This document shows, in pieces, positions 1 through 13,525 of a stretch of DNA of 64,000 nt (position 1 is its first letter; the number at the start of each line of letters is the position of its first letter). The notes beneath the pieces are model-generated. The model was not told where the DNA came from. It saw only the letters and a list, made by a program, of their open reading frames with translations, and ran no database searches. The position numbers were made by a program, and so were the translations under genes. The DNA lies in contig OZ316893.1 of the NCBI GenBank assembly GCA_973895155.1, positions 20,402,857 to 20,466,856 on the forward strand. The letters are read 5' to 3'. This DNA comes from Marsupella aquatica (Eukaryota > Plantae > Marchantiophyta).

Positions 1-1182
1 TAAGGTGACTGAAATGCGTTGGCGAAAGTGCATGGTCAAAATAGAAAGCGGGGGTCCGGTGGGACCCATTCGGCCATGAACATCCCGGGCAGCTTGCCGA
101 AGAAGCCCATCAAACTGAGGATGAAGACGCCCAAATAGCTCCACAGCAAGGGGGAGGAAGCTGTCGGATGAAGCTCGTGCAGCATATTTGGCCTCCTTCG
201 TTGTTGCCGCACGTGACGCTGCTGCCCCTGCCGTAGTTGCCGCTGTCCCAATGATGTCTTGGCGCAATGGGTTTGCCACCACAACATCTGCCAAAGTACG
301 TTGACCCTCACGGACCATGGTAAGATCCACCCGTAACCGCTGTGATGGAGGACCAGGTAACTCGAGTACCACCTCCCGCCGCACGCATACCAAAGAGCCA
401 GAGAGAACCTGAGCAATCGCATCTCGCACAGCATCGTGAACAATAATGGTTTCACCTCCCAAACTGCACCGAAGAAGATGGACACCTGTGGCATCACAAG
501 GCTTCCCACAAGTGCAAGAAGGAGGTAAACCTGCAAGAAGTGGGTGGGGCAGCCCCAGACGAAGACGCATGGCTGTGGAGAACTCCGTTGAAGACATCCG
601 CAAATGAGGAATGACTGGATTGGCCTGAAGCCATCCACCTGCGCCCTTCCCTCCGGAAGAAAGAATCCGAGCTCGGTCCGTGTCAGGTGCCTCGGAGAGG
701 ATGCTGGAAAGGGTGAAAGTGTGCATACGCCCAGCGAGGTCTGCCTGAAGACGAACGGGATCCAAGGATAAAAACTCCTGGAAAGAAGGTAACGCGGTGC
801 GAACGGGATCTGGTAATGAGGACCGCGCTGCGCGCAAATGAACCTGAAACGGGAGGGAACCCTCCTCTACCTCCATGAGAGATGAAAGTAAAAAAGGGCG
901 ATCCTCAATAAGAAAACGATCGGCCAACAACGAGAAGGCGGCCGCCCATGCACCCAAAAAGGCCAAAGGTGCAAGGCTCTCAATGGAAGTAAGCCCAAAA
1001 CCACCCTGCGAAATAGGAAGATGGAGTTGTCGATGAAGCCACGGAGATGAGAGCAACGTACCCGGACCTAAAAGAGAGGCCAGGGTCTGACGAATGGAGA
1101 CATCAAATGCTCGAAGGTGGAGACAAAGATCCTCGGTAGGGGGATGCGTCCTAGCCAGATAAGACGCACGAGGGTGGATGTG
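1..1182 (-). mobile_element. 5'-truncated non-LTR retrotransposon, CRE-like clade with restriction-like endonuclease (thumb, Zn knuckle, RLE); runs off the left edge
   Basis: Manual translation of the minus frame 1182->1 gives 394 codons with no stop: RASYLARTHPP...LPISQGGFGL...DRARILSSGGKGAGGWL...EFSTAMRLRLGLPHP...CTCGKPCDATGVHLLRC...HDAVRD...RVDL...LADVVV...KEAKY...FLPLAVELFGRL...FRQRISVTL. These are the thumb, CCHC and PD-(D/E)xK-type RLE motifs of CRE/MoTeR-like elements. Not in the ORF track because the frame is open at the window edge. Confidence 0.85.
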
Positions 1183-2617
1183 TTACTTCCTGTTTTATTC
1201 GATCTGATCTGCGGCATGCGTAAGTATTCCTTCTGGGAGTTTCGTACCGGTACCTTGGGAATATATCTTACACTTTTCGCTGATGATTTTGAGTCCTGAT
1301 TCTCCTGCCTCCATCGGATTTTTGGTTCGTACGTCTCTTGGAACCTGTCACCAATCGTCATATGCCCAATATTTGAAATCAGTGCTAATCCTTCTTTTTA
1401 GTTTAATCTTGATTGCTGTTCTTGGGAACGTTCTTCTGTGCGTTACCTGAATTAGCATAACTTCAGTTTGTTGTGATTGTTATTCCTGTCCTAAATTACA
1501 CATGGATTTACGTACTATTGCACTTTACTTATAAGCAGATTCATTCGTGCTGTTGGCCCTAGGACGTCGCCTACTCCATCGTTTTGCTTTGGAAGACTTT
1601 GTTAAGCTCCTAGACAATTTATCTTGAGACTGCATGTTTTGAATTGAACATTTGCGCATTTGCACAGAGTACTTATCTTTCAGGTTGATAGCGTCGTGGG
1701 TTTTCGGCTCGACAGCAGCAATGGCCATGTGGCTGCTCTTTTCACCAACTTTGCTCCGCTTTACTTCGCTCCCGCTCCCGCTCCCGCTCCGGTCCCCTTC
1801 CTCCATCTGGCCAAAGCTCTGGAATGATCTTCAAAACCTAAGTTAACAAAGATAAATAGATAAAGTAGAGATTTAGGTTTCAATTGGTGTTCTACGTAAA
1901 TTCCCTTTCTACTTTCACTCGAAATATTTTCCTCTATTTAGCAGTACCTTAGAAGTCTGACATTAGCCAATTCATGTGGTGGGTTTTGTAGTTTTAGAGG
2001 AAAAATCTGACATTCAAATGTCCCATAGTAAGTTGAAACCGAGGTGAATCACCAAGATGAGGAAATAATGATATTTCTTCTATAGAAAACATTTTGAACT
2101 GCAGTAAGAGGGCAGTTCCACGCAGATCTTTGAGCTCTTGCATATTGATATATGAACCCCCGACAAGCTATCAAATTTCAACTAGGAGTATTGCAAAGCA
2201 AATCACACTTTTCCACTTTGTATATATCATTTTAAAACATCAATCATTTGTAATTTAAGTTAGTAAAACTATAATACAAGATCCTCACTTTTTACGTGTG
2301 GCAGTCGTACAACATAGCAGTTTCTATGCCAAAAAAATCAGGAAAGCAAAGCTAGAAGGGGTAATGAGAAACAAGCCAAAGATATCAAAAGATGTTGTCA
2401 TGTAAAAGATGTTATTGCACAAAAGATGTCCTTAAGTAAAACATATTATTTATGGAATAAATGATGTTATGCAAAAGATATCAATGTGTAGAAGATCAAA
2501 ACTAAAGCCTTGATGAATCTCCACTTTGTCTCTGAAGCCCAAATGGATTGGCAAGGCTTGGATGGACTTGCTTACAACACTTCAATTGACTCAAATAACA
2601 TGAAATGTGACCTAAAA

Positions 2618-2819
2618 CCCAGGGCCCTCACTCCGTGTAAAAGAAGTGGACCCCCTGCAATTGGGCCCTTTTCATGTTTACCCCTTGTTATTTCCATTTT
2701 ACCATTAAAAGTTCCTTTATTACCGATAATAATTATAATTATTAGTTCAAAATGAATAAAAACTACCCTTCGAGCGTTCGCACATCCTCTATGTATTAGT
2801 TAAGACTGAGGGCCCAGGG
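2618..2819. mobile_element. ~200-bp MITE, copy 1
   Basis: Imperfect TIR CCCAGGGCCCTCA...TGAGGGCCCAGGG, direct repeat CCTAAAA(CC) on both flanks, AT-rich core homologous to 9739-9937. Confidence 0.7.
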
Positions 2820-5789
2820 CCTAAAACCGGTCTCCTTACCATTTGCAGCCACTTTCAATTACATTACTGAACCGGTTTTGTTGGTAACTTGACGACTTGA
2901 TGATCTTGAACTTGAAAAACGTCAAAACATCATGCCATTACTCAGGATCACCATGACATATCGACTACATTCTCCCCAAGGTAGTCAAAGTCATCAACTG
3001 CAATCTGCAATTGGTTCCATTTCTGTTTTGGTGTCAAAGCAACAATTGCTGTACTCAGGCCCTGGGGATGGGCAGGGACAATGTCTCTGTCGATCCGGGC
3101 TTTCATTTTGTAGAAGATGACATTGCAAAAAATTAGTTTTGTGTTAAAAAAACATCGTTACACAAAAGATGATATTATGTAAAAGATGTTGTCATAAGTG
3201 GTGATCCCTCATATATGCATCCCTAAACCCTACCACCCCGGCCAAGAGTAGCTTGGCCCCAACCCCTTGCTCTTTCATCCAAATACATATGAAAATTTTC
3301 CAAATATATTTATTTTCATAGAATATACTCATTTCATGAGAGTACACATTGGAGGGGAGAGTAAACTCTACTTGCACTACATGACACATGGGAGTACATT
3401 GGGGCAAGAGAAATGGTCCCTTGTAGATGGCGAGTAGGGTTTTCAAGGGAAGGGAGTGTACTTGCAAGTACAGTGATCAAGCGGAGGATCAAGAAGGATT
3501 TTCCACTCCATTTAGATTTTCCCCTCGATGAGCCTCCTATGCAGTTTATTCTAGAGCTCCACCAAACTTTTCAGTTCACAGTCCAGTAGGGTTTTTTAGG
3601 TTGTTGTTTGCTTCTTAGTCTTTTGGGTGATACTCCTTGACTTGTTGAGACTCTTGGGGTCTTTCTCTTCCCCCCTTTATTGGGTTCTTTTGTCTTTGGG
3701 ACCATGTTTCCCTATTTTGGCATTCTTGTCTTTTTGACATAGTGATTTATATAATATAATATATTTATGGTAACATTGAACTCATTAATATGTAATAAGT
3801 ATATTTTATTACGTTTAAATAGTAAAATACCAGGTTGTAGAATGGGCCAGTTATATCAAGAGTGGGAATACCAATGATTACTTTCTTGATATTTGATATT
3901 GAGAATTGGGAAAGCCAACTGCATAAGATTTTGGTTAAAAAAACAAACGAGACGTGGCTATTGCCTACACCTAGCATGTGCGCACTCGGTGAATTCCCAC
4001 TCTAAATATACCATGCAACGTGTACACTCCCTTTTCACCTTTAACTGCAATCAAGCACCATTGCCCATCATGTCATACTCTTAAATAAATAGATATCGTC
4101 TTGTACGGATGGCACACCATACTGTAATTGCACCAATGTGCAAAGCTGGTCCCACGTTTCCCCTGGGCAATATGGGAACTGCGCCTAGTCTGTCCTTTGT
4201 GGTCCATGCACCATAAAATGTAGGAGGATGGCATGACCATCTGTCACCTGGCATTCACTCGTTGAGCGAATTTTTCATACCATGATATCACTCATAGGTG
4301 TCTCGCTGTTGCTTTTTGATGTCCAAAATATTCAGATGCTTGGTCTGTCTCCCATCTTGTGTATGCTATCCAAAAATCACTCATAGGTGCCTCGCTCTTG
4401 TTTTTTAATGTCCAAATTATTCAGATGCCTGGCATAAACAAATCATGTGAGGCACGGTGATCTATTAGCTAGGCATGCTTTCAGGGCCTACAACGACAAT
4501 AATTGTGAGCTAAGTTCTCCTAGTGACCCTCCTATGGGGCTTCCTTTGAAGCTCGACAAGGCTTTATTGCAGTTTGATTCTCCGTAGGTGTTTTGAAGCT
4601 CGATAAGGCTTTCCAGTTTGATGCTCTGTAGGGCTTTATGGTACTTATTTTGTTGTTGTCGGGACTCTTGAGCGTTTTGGTTCTTAGGCTTGTTTTTTTC
4701 ATTGTTTTCTCACTATTACGTACTGGGTCTCTCACCTTTGCGACGTTGACTCCCATATGGTTCTTGGTAGTGTTATATATATATATATATATTTCTCATT
4801 GTAAGTTTATTCTGCAATGTGTGGCATCATGTCACTTACAACCTACTAGCCCCAACTATCCATTCGTTGAACGTGAATAAAGATGAGGACAATAAGTGTC
4901 GACAAAAGATATTCCCCAATGTAATAAGAATAATATATCAATAGACAGAAAGAAAACCCCACTTGACAGATTTCTCCATCAAGAGGAAGATCGGGCATAC
5001 AAAGTTTCATGGCAGAAAATTAGTGGAGCAAGGGTCAGGAAACCAAAACAGTTGAGAATTAGTTCCTGGACCCCTATCTTTTTTGATTTGATTGAGATAA
5101 ATGTGTTATATAATGTGTGACACTGAACATAGGGCACTCAGATCATTCTCTCTCTCAATTGAATTGCTAGTTTTTTTTTGATTTGGCGTCAAAAACTGAA
5201 TTGACAATTGCAAAGCTTATACTATTTTTGCTGTGTGAGTAGCCTGGTACTATTTTTGCTGTGTGAGTAGGCTGGTGATTTGTGGCTGTCCTTCGAATTG
5301 TCTCCCGCTCATGCTCGTTGACACTGGTTACGACGTCTGGGAATTCTCGTACAACAAATTACAGCATTGGACATCTCACACTTAGCAGGACGGACAAGGT
5401 TCAATCTAGCTTCATCCCACATCAAATTTTGTAAGTCTGTATCTTGTGCCTGTCTACTCTAGAGAGTCGAGCAAAATTTAACTAAGTTTTACCAACTTGT
5501 GTGCCTGACTACTCTAGAGAGCTCGTTGCTGAAATTCTTTTGCTGTAGGATTTTTGGAATTGGAGCTTGGACGAGCTTGCTGCAGACGATTTACCAGCCA
5601 CGTTGGGGGTTGTGTCGTCCAAGACTACTATGCCCATTCATTATGTCGGTTACTCGCAGGTATCGATCCACAATAAATTCCACCCAATCAATTGAGATAT
5701 AGAAGCAATTATATCAGTCGGTTATTTGGGCAGCAAGATTACTTGGGCAGCAAGATTTAATAATTACGGAATTCAATCACAATTCACAA

Positions 5790-6080
5790 AAAAGGGTGGG
5801 CAATCTGTTACTCAGGGTAAATAAACGGAGGGTGAGCCTATTGCTAAAGCACAGGTGGTTACACAAGGTAAATAAAATGGTTATTTTTGATTACTTTTTA
5901 CGTCATCTTTTACGGCATGGCGTCCTCAGTTTTACCAAAAATTTGCAGCAAACATGAAAGGTGACGTAATTTCATTGTGGAAACCAATTCGTTCTTGTTT
6001 GCAGCGCGCCATGATGATGTGGTGCGCTGTGGAGCCAGGAATTTTGGAAGGGACCTCTAGTGGGGTCCGTAATTAAAAAA
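5790..6080. repeat. Dispersed ~280-bp repeat, copy 1 (possible DNA-transposon terminus)
   Basis: Shares AGGGTGGGCA..., TTTTACGGCATGGCGTCCT...TTTTACCAAAA and TTTGGAAGGGACCTCTAGTGGGGTCCGTAA with 8960-9235. Confidence 0.6.
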
Positions 6081-7889
6081 AATTGCACTTCAATTTACCC
6101 AACAATTACAGTTTCTTTATGCCTCTATTCCCATTTCCTTTGGGTGGCTTTGTTGTTACGTTCCATTCTTCCATTGATAATTTCTAAGAAAGAAATTAGG
6201 ATTTTGCTTGTATTATAAATTATGTTGCTACACACATGAAACATGGTTTAGCTGCATCATAAAACCTCCAATAACTCACCCCACCCAATCCTCTTTTTTT
6301 CACACCACAGATTTTGATTCATGCCCCGTTAGATTGATGAAAACAAAAAGAACTTTGCCAAAAAAAACAATTTTACCCTATTTCCCTTTCATCTTTGCCC
6401 CATCCTTTTTGTCCACCATACTGTAAGTTTTGTTTTTACTAAGAGTCATTGTGAGCTTTGAAGTGATGATAGAAACCATGCTACTGTATGTAACTATTCA
6501 TTTTAACATACGTCATTCTCTCCAAGCACATCCTTATTCCCATGCACATGAATTTTGGTGGGACCCTATCATAGCCTTCATGCACATATTTTGTTGTGTA
6601 CACATACATTTTGGTGGGGACCTAGAATCATGGTCTAGAAGCCGACCCCAACTCTAGGTTCTCTTCCTGCTCTATAAGTAAGATGTGGTGTTGACCCTTT
6701 CATCCTCTGCACAATCATAGCAGATTTGCTTGATGGGACCCCAAAATGAATCTTGGGATGAATATGAACTAAATTGGCCAATTTCCAGGCTAAGTGAGGG
6801 CTCTAGAAAGACAATGAGGTTACTTGTCCGTCCATCCATGTACCGAGAGGAACAAAGGGCGACAGTGACAGGAACATGTGTGCAGGGGAACTGAGGGTGG
6901 CGAGAGAAATTGCCAGGTGACCCAAAACAACTAGGTGAAGTGAAATGTTCTCTGCAAGACATGACAAGGGAAACAACCAGGTAAGGGCATCTCCAATGGT
7001 GTACACTATTTGCTTAGTGTATACATCATACGGCATAAGAGTTCTCTTTTTCAAGCTTACTGTGTTAAGCAAGGATGATATGTTAAAAAGCAAGCCAATG
7101 GTTTTTTAGTACCTCCTGACATAGGCACCGTTTGATGCTAATTATTAGATATTGGGGAACCCAGGAATTAATCTTGTTTTCAGTCAATGCGCTATACTGG
7201 AACTCATATACAGATCCAGAACCAATAAACCCAGTGAGGTGACAAGTGAAATTAAGTGAAATTAGAACCTATAATACAAGGTCCCGCCACTAATTAGATA
7301 ATTAGATTGGTCGTCATTCAAAATATAATCTAACATTTGCAGTGCCAAAAGTAATAAATGAGAAAGCAACGAACAAAAAGAAGGTTTGTAGAAACGGGAA
7401 AATAAAGATAAGGTACAGAAAACAAGGAAGGAATCCAGGAAAAGGAGTAGAGAGTATCGAGGACAATTTGTCCTCCTATAATATTCAACCCTCCCCAGGA
7501 TCCACGACAGTGCTTTATGCAAACAATTGCTCAATGTACAAAACATGGTCTACTTGACACTTTTCAATTCCTGACAGAGTTTTATGGGGGTGACATTTTT
7601 CAGAGATTACAAGCCAAAATTAAACTCATTTATTAGATTATCAGGTGAGCCATTCCACCATATTTTTCCTTTTGAAAGCCCAAATAGAATCCCTTATTAG
7701 CCTTTGCCCAAGGGAATGTGCTTGCCCTTTGCCCCAAATGCCTGTCCGATACCACTGCCCATCTTTGGCTCTTTCTTTGGCACACACCTCCTCCCCCCAA
7801 AATTGAAATTAACAGACCTTGGCGCGTCTACGCATCTTTTGCTCGTTCCTTGGGCACACACGTCGTGCCTTGAAAACAGGCTTGAAAAC

Positions 7890-8745
7890 TTGAAAACAAT
7901 ATCTTTTTCACCACTATATCTTTTACACAACAACAAGTTTTCACAATGCCAACAACAATAGATTTTTTGCAATGACATTTTCTGTAACAACATCAACAAT
8001 ATCTTTCTAATATCTTTCTTGTAATGACATCTTTTACACAACCACATATTTTAATTATGCATCTACATATTTCACGCAACAACATAATTTTATGTAACAT
8101 ATTTTTTGCAAATAATATCTTTTACACAATAACATTTTTCATGCAGAACAAAATCTTTTAATTGCACAACAACATCTATCAACAGACCTTATCTAACATC
8201 TTTTTGCAAATGACATCTTTTAAACAATTCAATGACATTTTTCATGCAAACAAATCTTTTGCACAACGCTGGGTATTGAGCTATTGCAAATGATAAGTTT
8301 CCACACATCATCATTTCCACAATGACATCTTTCCTACAACCCAACATCTTTTACAAAACATCTTTTCCGCAATGACATTTTCTACACAGCGCTGTATTTT
8401 GCACAATGTCATCTTTTTGGCAAACAAAATCACTTTTGCATCAATTTCATTTTTGCAATGATATATTTCTACAATTAAATGATTTACACAAGAATGTCTT
8501 TCCGCAAACAACATTGTTTTTTAACGTATCGGCATCTTTTGCACAATGATATCATTATTGCAAACAACATCTTTTGCCGAACATCTTATTTTCCACAAAT
8601 GACATATTTTCCGCAAACAACATCTTTTACACAACATCTTTTTGGCAAATGACACATTTTGTGTAATGTCGACATCCTTTCTGCAGATGACATCTTTTCT
8701 ACATTCAACAATATGTTCTACACAATGACATAGTTTCCACATACA
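7890..8745. repeat. Degenerate ACATCTTTT/CAACATCTTTTGC minisatellite-like tract
   Basis: Many variants of (A)ACATCTTTT(G/T)C at roughly 20-bp spacing. Further patches at 9240-9510 and, inverted, at 2380-2495 and 3110-3195. Confidence 0.65.
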
Positions 8746-8959
8746 TATGAAAAAATAAAAAATAATAGTAAATAATAGTAAAATAAATTAGTTCGTGGAC
8801 CCCCATCTGTTTTGAATTGAATGGCTGCTGTGGCCATTGACTCGAGTGCTTTCTCACCTAGGGCTCAACAAAGCATAAAGCAGTTTGAAGAGAAGTTGCT
8901 AGGATACCCTATGTGTGATCCGGATGACAAGCGAGTGCAGGATAATTTACTTAATTGAA

Positions 8960-9235
8960 CCAGAGGGTGGGCAGTCAGTTATTCGGGGTTAAAAAATGGT
9001 TACGAGTCTATGATTACTTCAACATTTGGTTACCTAGAGTAAATAAAACGGTTACTTTTAAAACAATTTTACATCAAGTTTTACGGCATGGCGTCCTTCA
9101 TTTTACCAAAATTATGCCACAAACACGAATGTTGAAGCAAATTTTGTTTTGTAAACCAATATGTACCTGTTTGCGGCGCGCTGAGGTGCCAGGAAGTTTG
9201 GAAGGGACCTCTAGTGGGGTCCGTAAATAAAATTT
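8960..9235. repeat. Dispersed ~280-bp repeat, copy 2
   Basis: Homologous to 5790-6080; begins CAGAGGGTGGGCAG. Confidence 0.6.
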
Positions 9236-9738
9236 AGTTTCCACATACAACATCTTTAATGCATATGACATCTTTTACACATTGACATTTCTGCGCAACA
9301 ACATCTTTTGTGCAACGCACAAATATTGAGCTTTCTTTCACATAACAATATAGTTTTTGTTAACGACATCTTGGATGACATAATATATTTTTGTGCTAAC
9401 AACATCTTGGGCAACATGGCATCTCTTTTCTTAACAAGATCTAACTTGGGCCACACTCAATCTCATTTTTCGTGACATTTTTTGTCTTGATGATATCTTT
9501 TGTGCAACACATTGAGCTAGTAGGGTTATAATAACCCATTTGGGACCTTACCTTTTTTGTTTAACCTTGCTGGTTTGGTCAACATAATGTTACAGACTTA
9601 GACCAACCCGGTAACCAAGCCCAGGAAGGTCACAAGTGAATAGGCTTATAATTATAACCCTTTGGGGTTGCCTTTTTAGTTCAACCTTACTAACTGGCCT
9701 GGGTTTGGTCAATAGAACTGGGAACAGAACGTTACAAA

Positions 9739-9937
9739 CCTTGGGCCCTCACTCCGAGTAAAAGAAGTGAACCCCCCTGTGATCTGGAATTCCCTCTTAC
9801 CCCTTGTTATTTTCATTTTTCTATAAAAAGTCCCCTTGTTACCAGTAATAATTATAATTATTAGTTTCAAATGAATAAAATCCACCCTTTGAGCGATCAC
9901 ACGTCCTCCCATATTAGTTAACACTGAGGGCTCAAGG
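9739..9937. mobile_element. ~200-bp MITE, copy 2
   Basis: TIR CCTTGGGCCCTCA...TGAGGGCTCAAGG, flanked by GTTACAAA/GTTACAGA. The empty site GTTACAGACTTAGA is visible in the neighbouring tandem copy at ~9588. Confidence 0.72.
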
Positions 9938-12900
9938 GTTACAGACTTAGAAAGTCAACCCATAACCATTGGACATGCTCTAAGGGGCACTTACAAGATG
10001 GGCGCAACACTTTATTTCTATTTTGAACTTGATAAAGTGTATCTCAACCGTTCATTCAACCTGCCCGGGCTTCATTTGCTTTAGAAACTTATTGAGGCAT
10101 GTTCCATGTTGGGCAAGCTCGAACCTGCATGGCCCCATGGTTAGGGTACTCCAAACAGGCCTGGCGCTCTCAACCGGGCGGAAGCTACTATCGCACCAAA
10201 GGAGGTGCGATAATGTTGTGGCTGTCTTGCCCTTGCATTCAAACTGCCTGGTCTGTCTTCTTTTTACACAAGTCTGCAGGACTATACCCATTTTTCTGCC
10301 TTGTCCAGGTCTGGAGCAGCAGTCGTCATAAAAACCTGGGCTCTGTTGCAGCCCTGGTAAAAACCTCTCAACCTGCTGTGCCCGTTTTGTAAAGTGCTCC
10401 TAAGAGCAGTTACCTGGGCAAAGCAGAATGTCCAAAGAAATAACAAAGGGGGAACACTTTCCAGCTGGCCTAGCTTGCCAGAACTACACTTCGACATATA
10501 TGGCACTGTAAGTATACTTTTGTGAGGAATTCAGACTCAGAAAATTTAGAGACTCTGAAGGTTACTTAGCAATGCCCTGCCAAAGGGATTATGGTCATGA
10601 TTATGCTCAGAATTTCTTATACTTTAATTTGTTTGATGTAACTATATTGAATGTGAGGTTTACTGTAATAGCTACACATTCAAATCGAAAAGAATTGCCT
10701 TTCGGATTGAGGTAAAATCTATCGCTCCCATACAATTTGAAGTTACCAAGAACAACTTGGAGAACATCATTCATTTGATAGATTTTGCGGTTGGGGTAGC
10801 AGGTCACATATATGAAGTTGGGATGGATTGACACCTTGTATGTTAAGCCTGTATGGGCTAACGAACTAAGCCAGAATGGAGTTTCTCAGAACATCAAATT
10901 GACTAGGATAGTACCTTTCACACTTTTTGAGTCAGACACAAGCAACAGCTTACAGTTTTTCAGTTCGTTTTACCAGGTGTTCTGCAACATCAGCCTTTGG
11001 TAGTTGAACTGTTGTCCTTGGTGACTTGACCACATGACAGCCTTGAACTAGATTGACGCCAAGATGTCATGTCATTACATGGTTTAGTTGATCGATGCTT
11101 GTGACGTGGAATTCAAAGTGCTAAGTGAAGTTTTGATTTACAAATTTTATGATCTTTGTGTTCATTGCAACATAGTGATGTCAGAACAGTCTCAAACTTT
11201 GTCAAGTAACTGATGGAATTCAGAGCGAGCATGCTAGAAACAGTTAACAAATCTTAAAGTTAACGATATCCAAAATTGCTCCAAAGAAATGGACAAGTAT
11301 TGTGCCAAGTTGAAAGACTTCCATCAAGACTTCAAAGTCAGGTTTTCAAAATGCCCTAAGCACACACAAGTCGGTGGTGGCTTGGCAATTATTTTCTTAA
11401 GCCGCTGGCTCAAATCTGCAATATGGGAGCCATGGATTTTGATCATCCCTTCTACTGTAGCTCCCATAATTATGCCTTGCCTTCAATTGGGTGTAGATTG
11501 TAGCTCAATTTCTATTCAAGGGATATGGTTAAGAAAATGTTACACTGACTAAGGGTCAATTTCATGGGGACCTGTTTCTGGCATTTGAGATCAATGAACA
11601 CAGGAAACAGTTGAGCTTGAAATACATAGCTGGTTAAGGCATAAAAATGACATTCCAGAGCATCTGAAGCCTGCAGAGACCCCAATTTTAGTCCATACTA
11701 GTTGCCATGACCACAATGCCGGCTCATATGGGCTTGATTTCCTATATACCTAGAAGGAAACTAATTTAGGAAAGTAACGGCCACACTTGTGACTACTAAA
11801 TTACGTACGAGCTAAGCTTTAGATTCTATCTCAAATAAATAATAAAGAAATAAATGCATCCTGAAGCACATTTAGACTCGTTCTCGTTACAAAAGTCTAC
11901 AACGTGATTCTTGGGGTTACAAAAGTCAAAACTTTTGAGTTTTGTTTGTGTCCTCTCTTGACCTCTAGCTTTTGCATTTATTCAGTTGTACGTTTGGCTC
12001 TAGCTATTGATAAATCGGTCCCATTTTGGAACATTTTTTCATATGAGCTAAGCTCAGTCGCGCGAAAAGGAAAGTTTTAAAAAGTGAACTGAAAAGGAAA
12101 AGGTTCTAGAGAAGCTTCTCCCCATTGATTCAGTCTACATTCTTGTTGAGACTGCCGTTAGCTAATTGTGCATATCGAGTATACTGTGGACGATGAGAAT
12201 TAACCAGCCCATTAGAACCAGTCCTGAAACTGTCGACAATTTACGACAATTTACGACCGGGCTATCATTGTGTTTGTGCGAATTACGCAAGAGCTGATGC
12301 TGAAAGTCTTCAGAGTCGTGCGAGGTGGCAGTGTCCTTGCACCTCTCTCCACAGAAGCACATTCTACAGTTTATAGTTTGATACCTTTTCAGTAGCTATT
12401 CCCTGATTGTGATCTTGGGATCAATCAAGGCAAGATCCACGGTGGTGGCGGTGTTTTCGATAACCGTGGGGGCGAACTGTGAAACATGGAGGTGTCCTGA
12501 GCACCAGCCGCAACTGTTTGCAAAGACTCGGTCGACCCAGTCCCAGGACAAATGTATTTTGGGGCAGCGTCGATTTGGAGGTCACTAAGAGAATTGCGTG
12601 GAAATTTTGCCCCTGCCGTCTTTTCGTCCGCTTTTCCTCATCAAGCAAGAAGCGCAGTTGCACCTCATGCAGTCATTGGTTAGAACTCCTACGTGCCCTG
12701 TGCTGAATGGGCCTAGAGAGCCTATACGAAGACCTAGTCCAGACCAATCCGTCCTTCCTAGTTTACGCTCGTGTTTAGACGAAAATGAGGCCCGGTCAGG
12801 CGGTCAGGGTCTTGCAGGATGAAGAATGTCCTGTGCAACGTGTGTGATCTATTAATTAATAAAATATCCAGTTTCATTTTGCGGACGTAGGCCCTACCCT

Positions 12901-13525
12901 ACAGTCTCAGTAGGGGGACTGCTGGAAGCTGCTGCTTGTCAGGTCGTCCTACAATTTCACCGGTCATCTATTTAACATCATTATGTCCTGGTCCCATGCC
13001 AAAACCAAATGCAATTGCTATATTTGCTTTGCTTCAAGTCGGCTATTCAAATCTCTAAAAGCCAAGCGAAGAGACCGATATCACGAGCTTCTTCGAAAGG
13101 CTCTTGAGGCTGCATCTCAGTCAGTCCAGACTAACCTCTGGACCCTAGAGCGTCCCGGACGGGAGAGTCTAAAGTCCAGAGTCTGTGGATTGAGTGCGAA
13201 GACTTCTGATCATCTGTGGTCAATTGTTTGAAGCCAATCGACTCTAAGTCCACCACTTCATTCATTAACACGCAGAGTGCGGATCGAGCACAAAATTGCG
13301 CTGTCTGGCAACTCGTCACTGAGTCTTCCAGGGCTCTTTGGGATCCCGGATTAGGTGTCTCAGTCCTGAAACTGTCTCTCAGTTGGCTCAATCAATTTGA
13401 ACGGTCAATCAGGTGCGAGTGATAGATCGTAACTGAATAAGCTGGAATGTCGGATTTGCCCTCTACTAATTTGAAGAGAATTTTGAGTGAGCTTCTGCGA
13501 CATTGCGTCACTTGGAACACCCGCA

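Noticed and set aside
36-638. 200-aa minus ORF in the track
   Set aside because: Shadow frame of the real CRE-like frame 1182->1; no recognisable motifs.
1525-1850. Possible exon(s) with a (GCTCCC)n repeat (PAPAPAP or GSGSGS)
   Set aside because: A TTTCAG acceptor is present, but there is no recognisable protein or gene structure.
3190-3739. Possible solo LTR with TGTCA...TGACA ends
   Set aside because: Flanks GATGT/TAGTG are not a TSD, and TGTCA is also part of the adjacent minisatellite motif.
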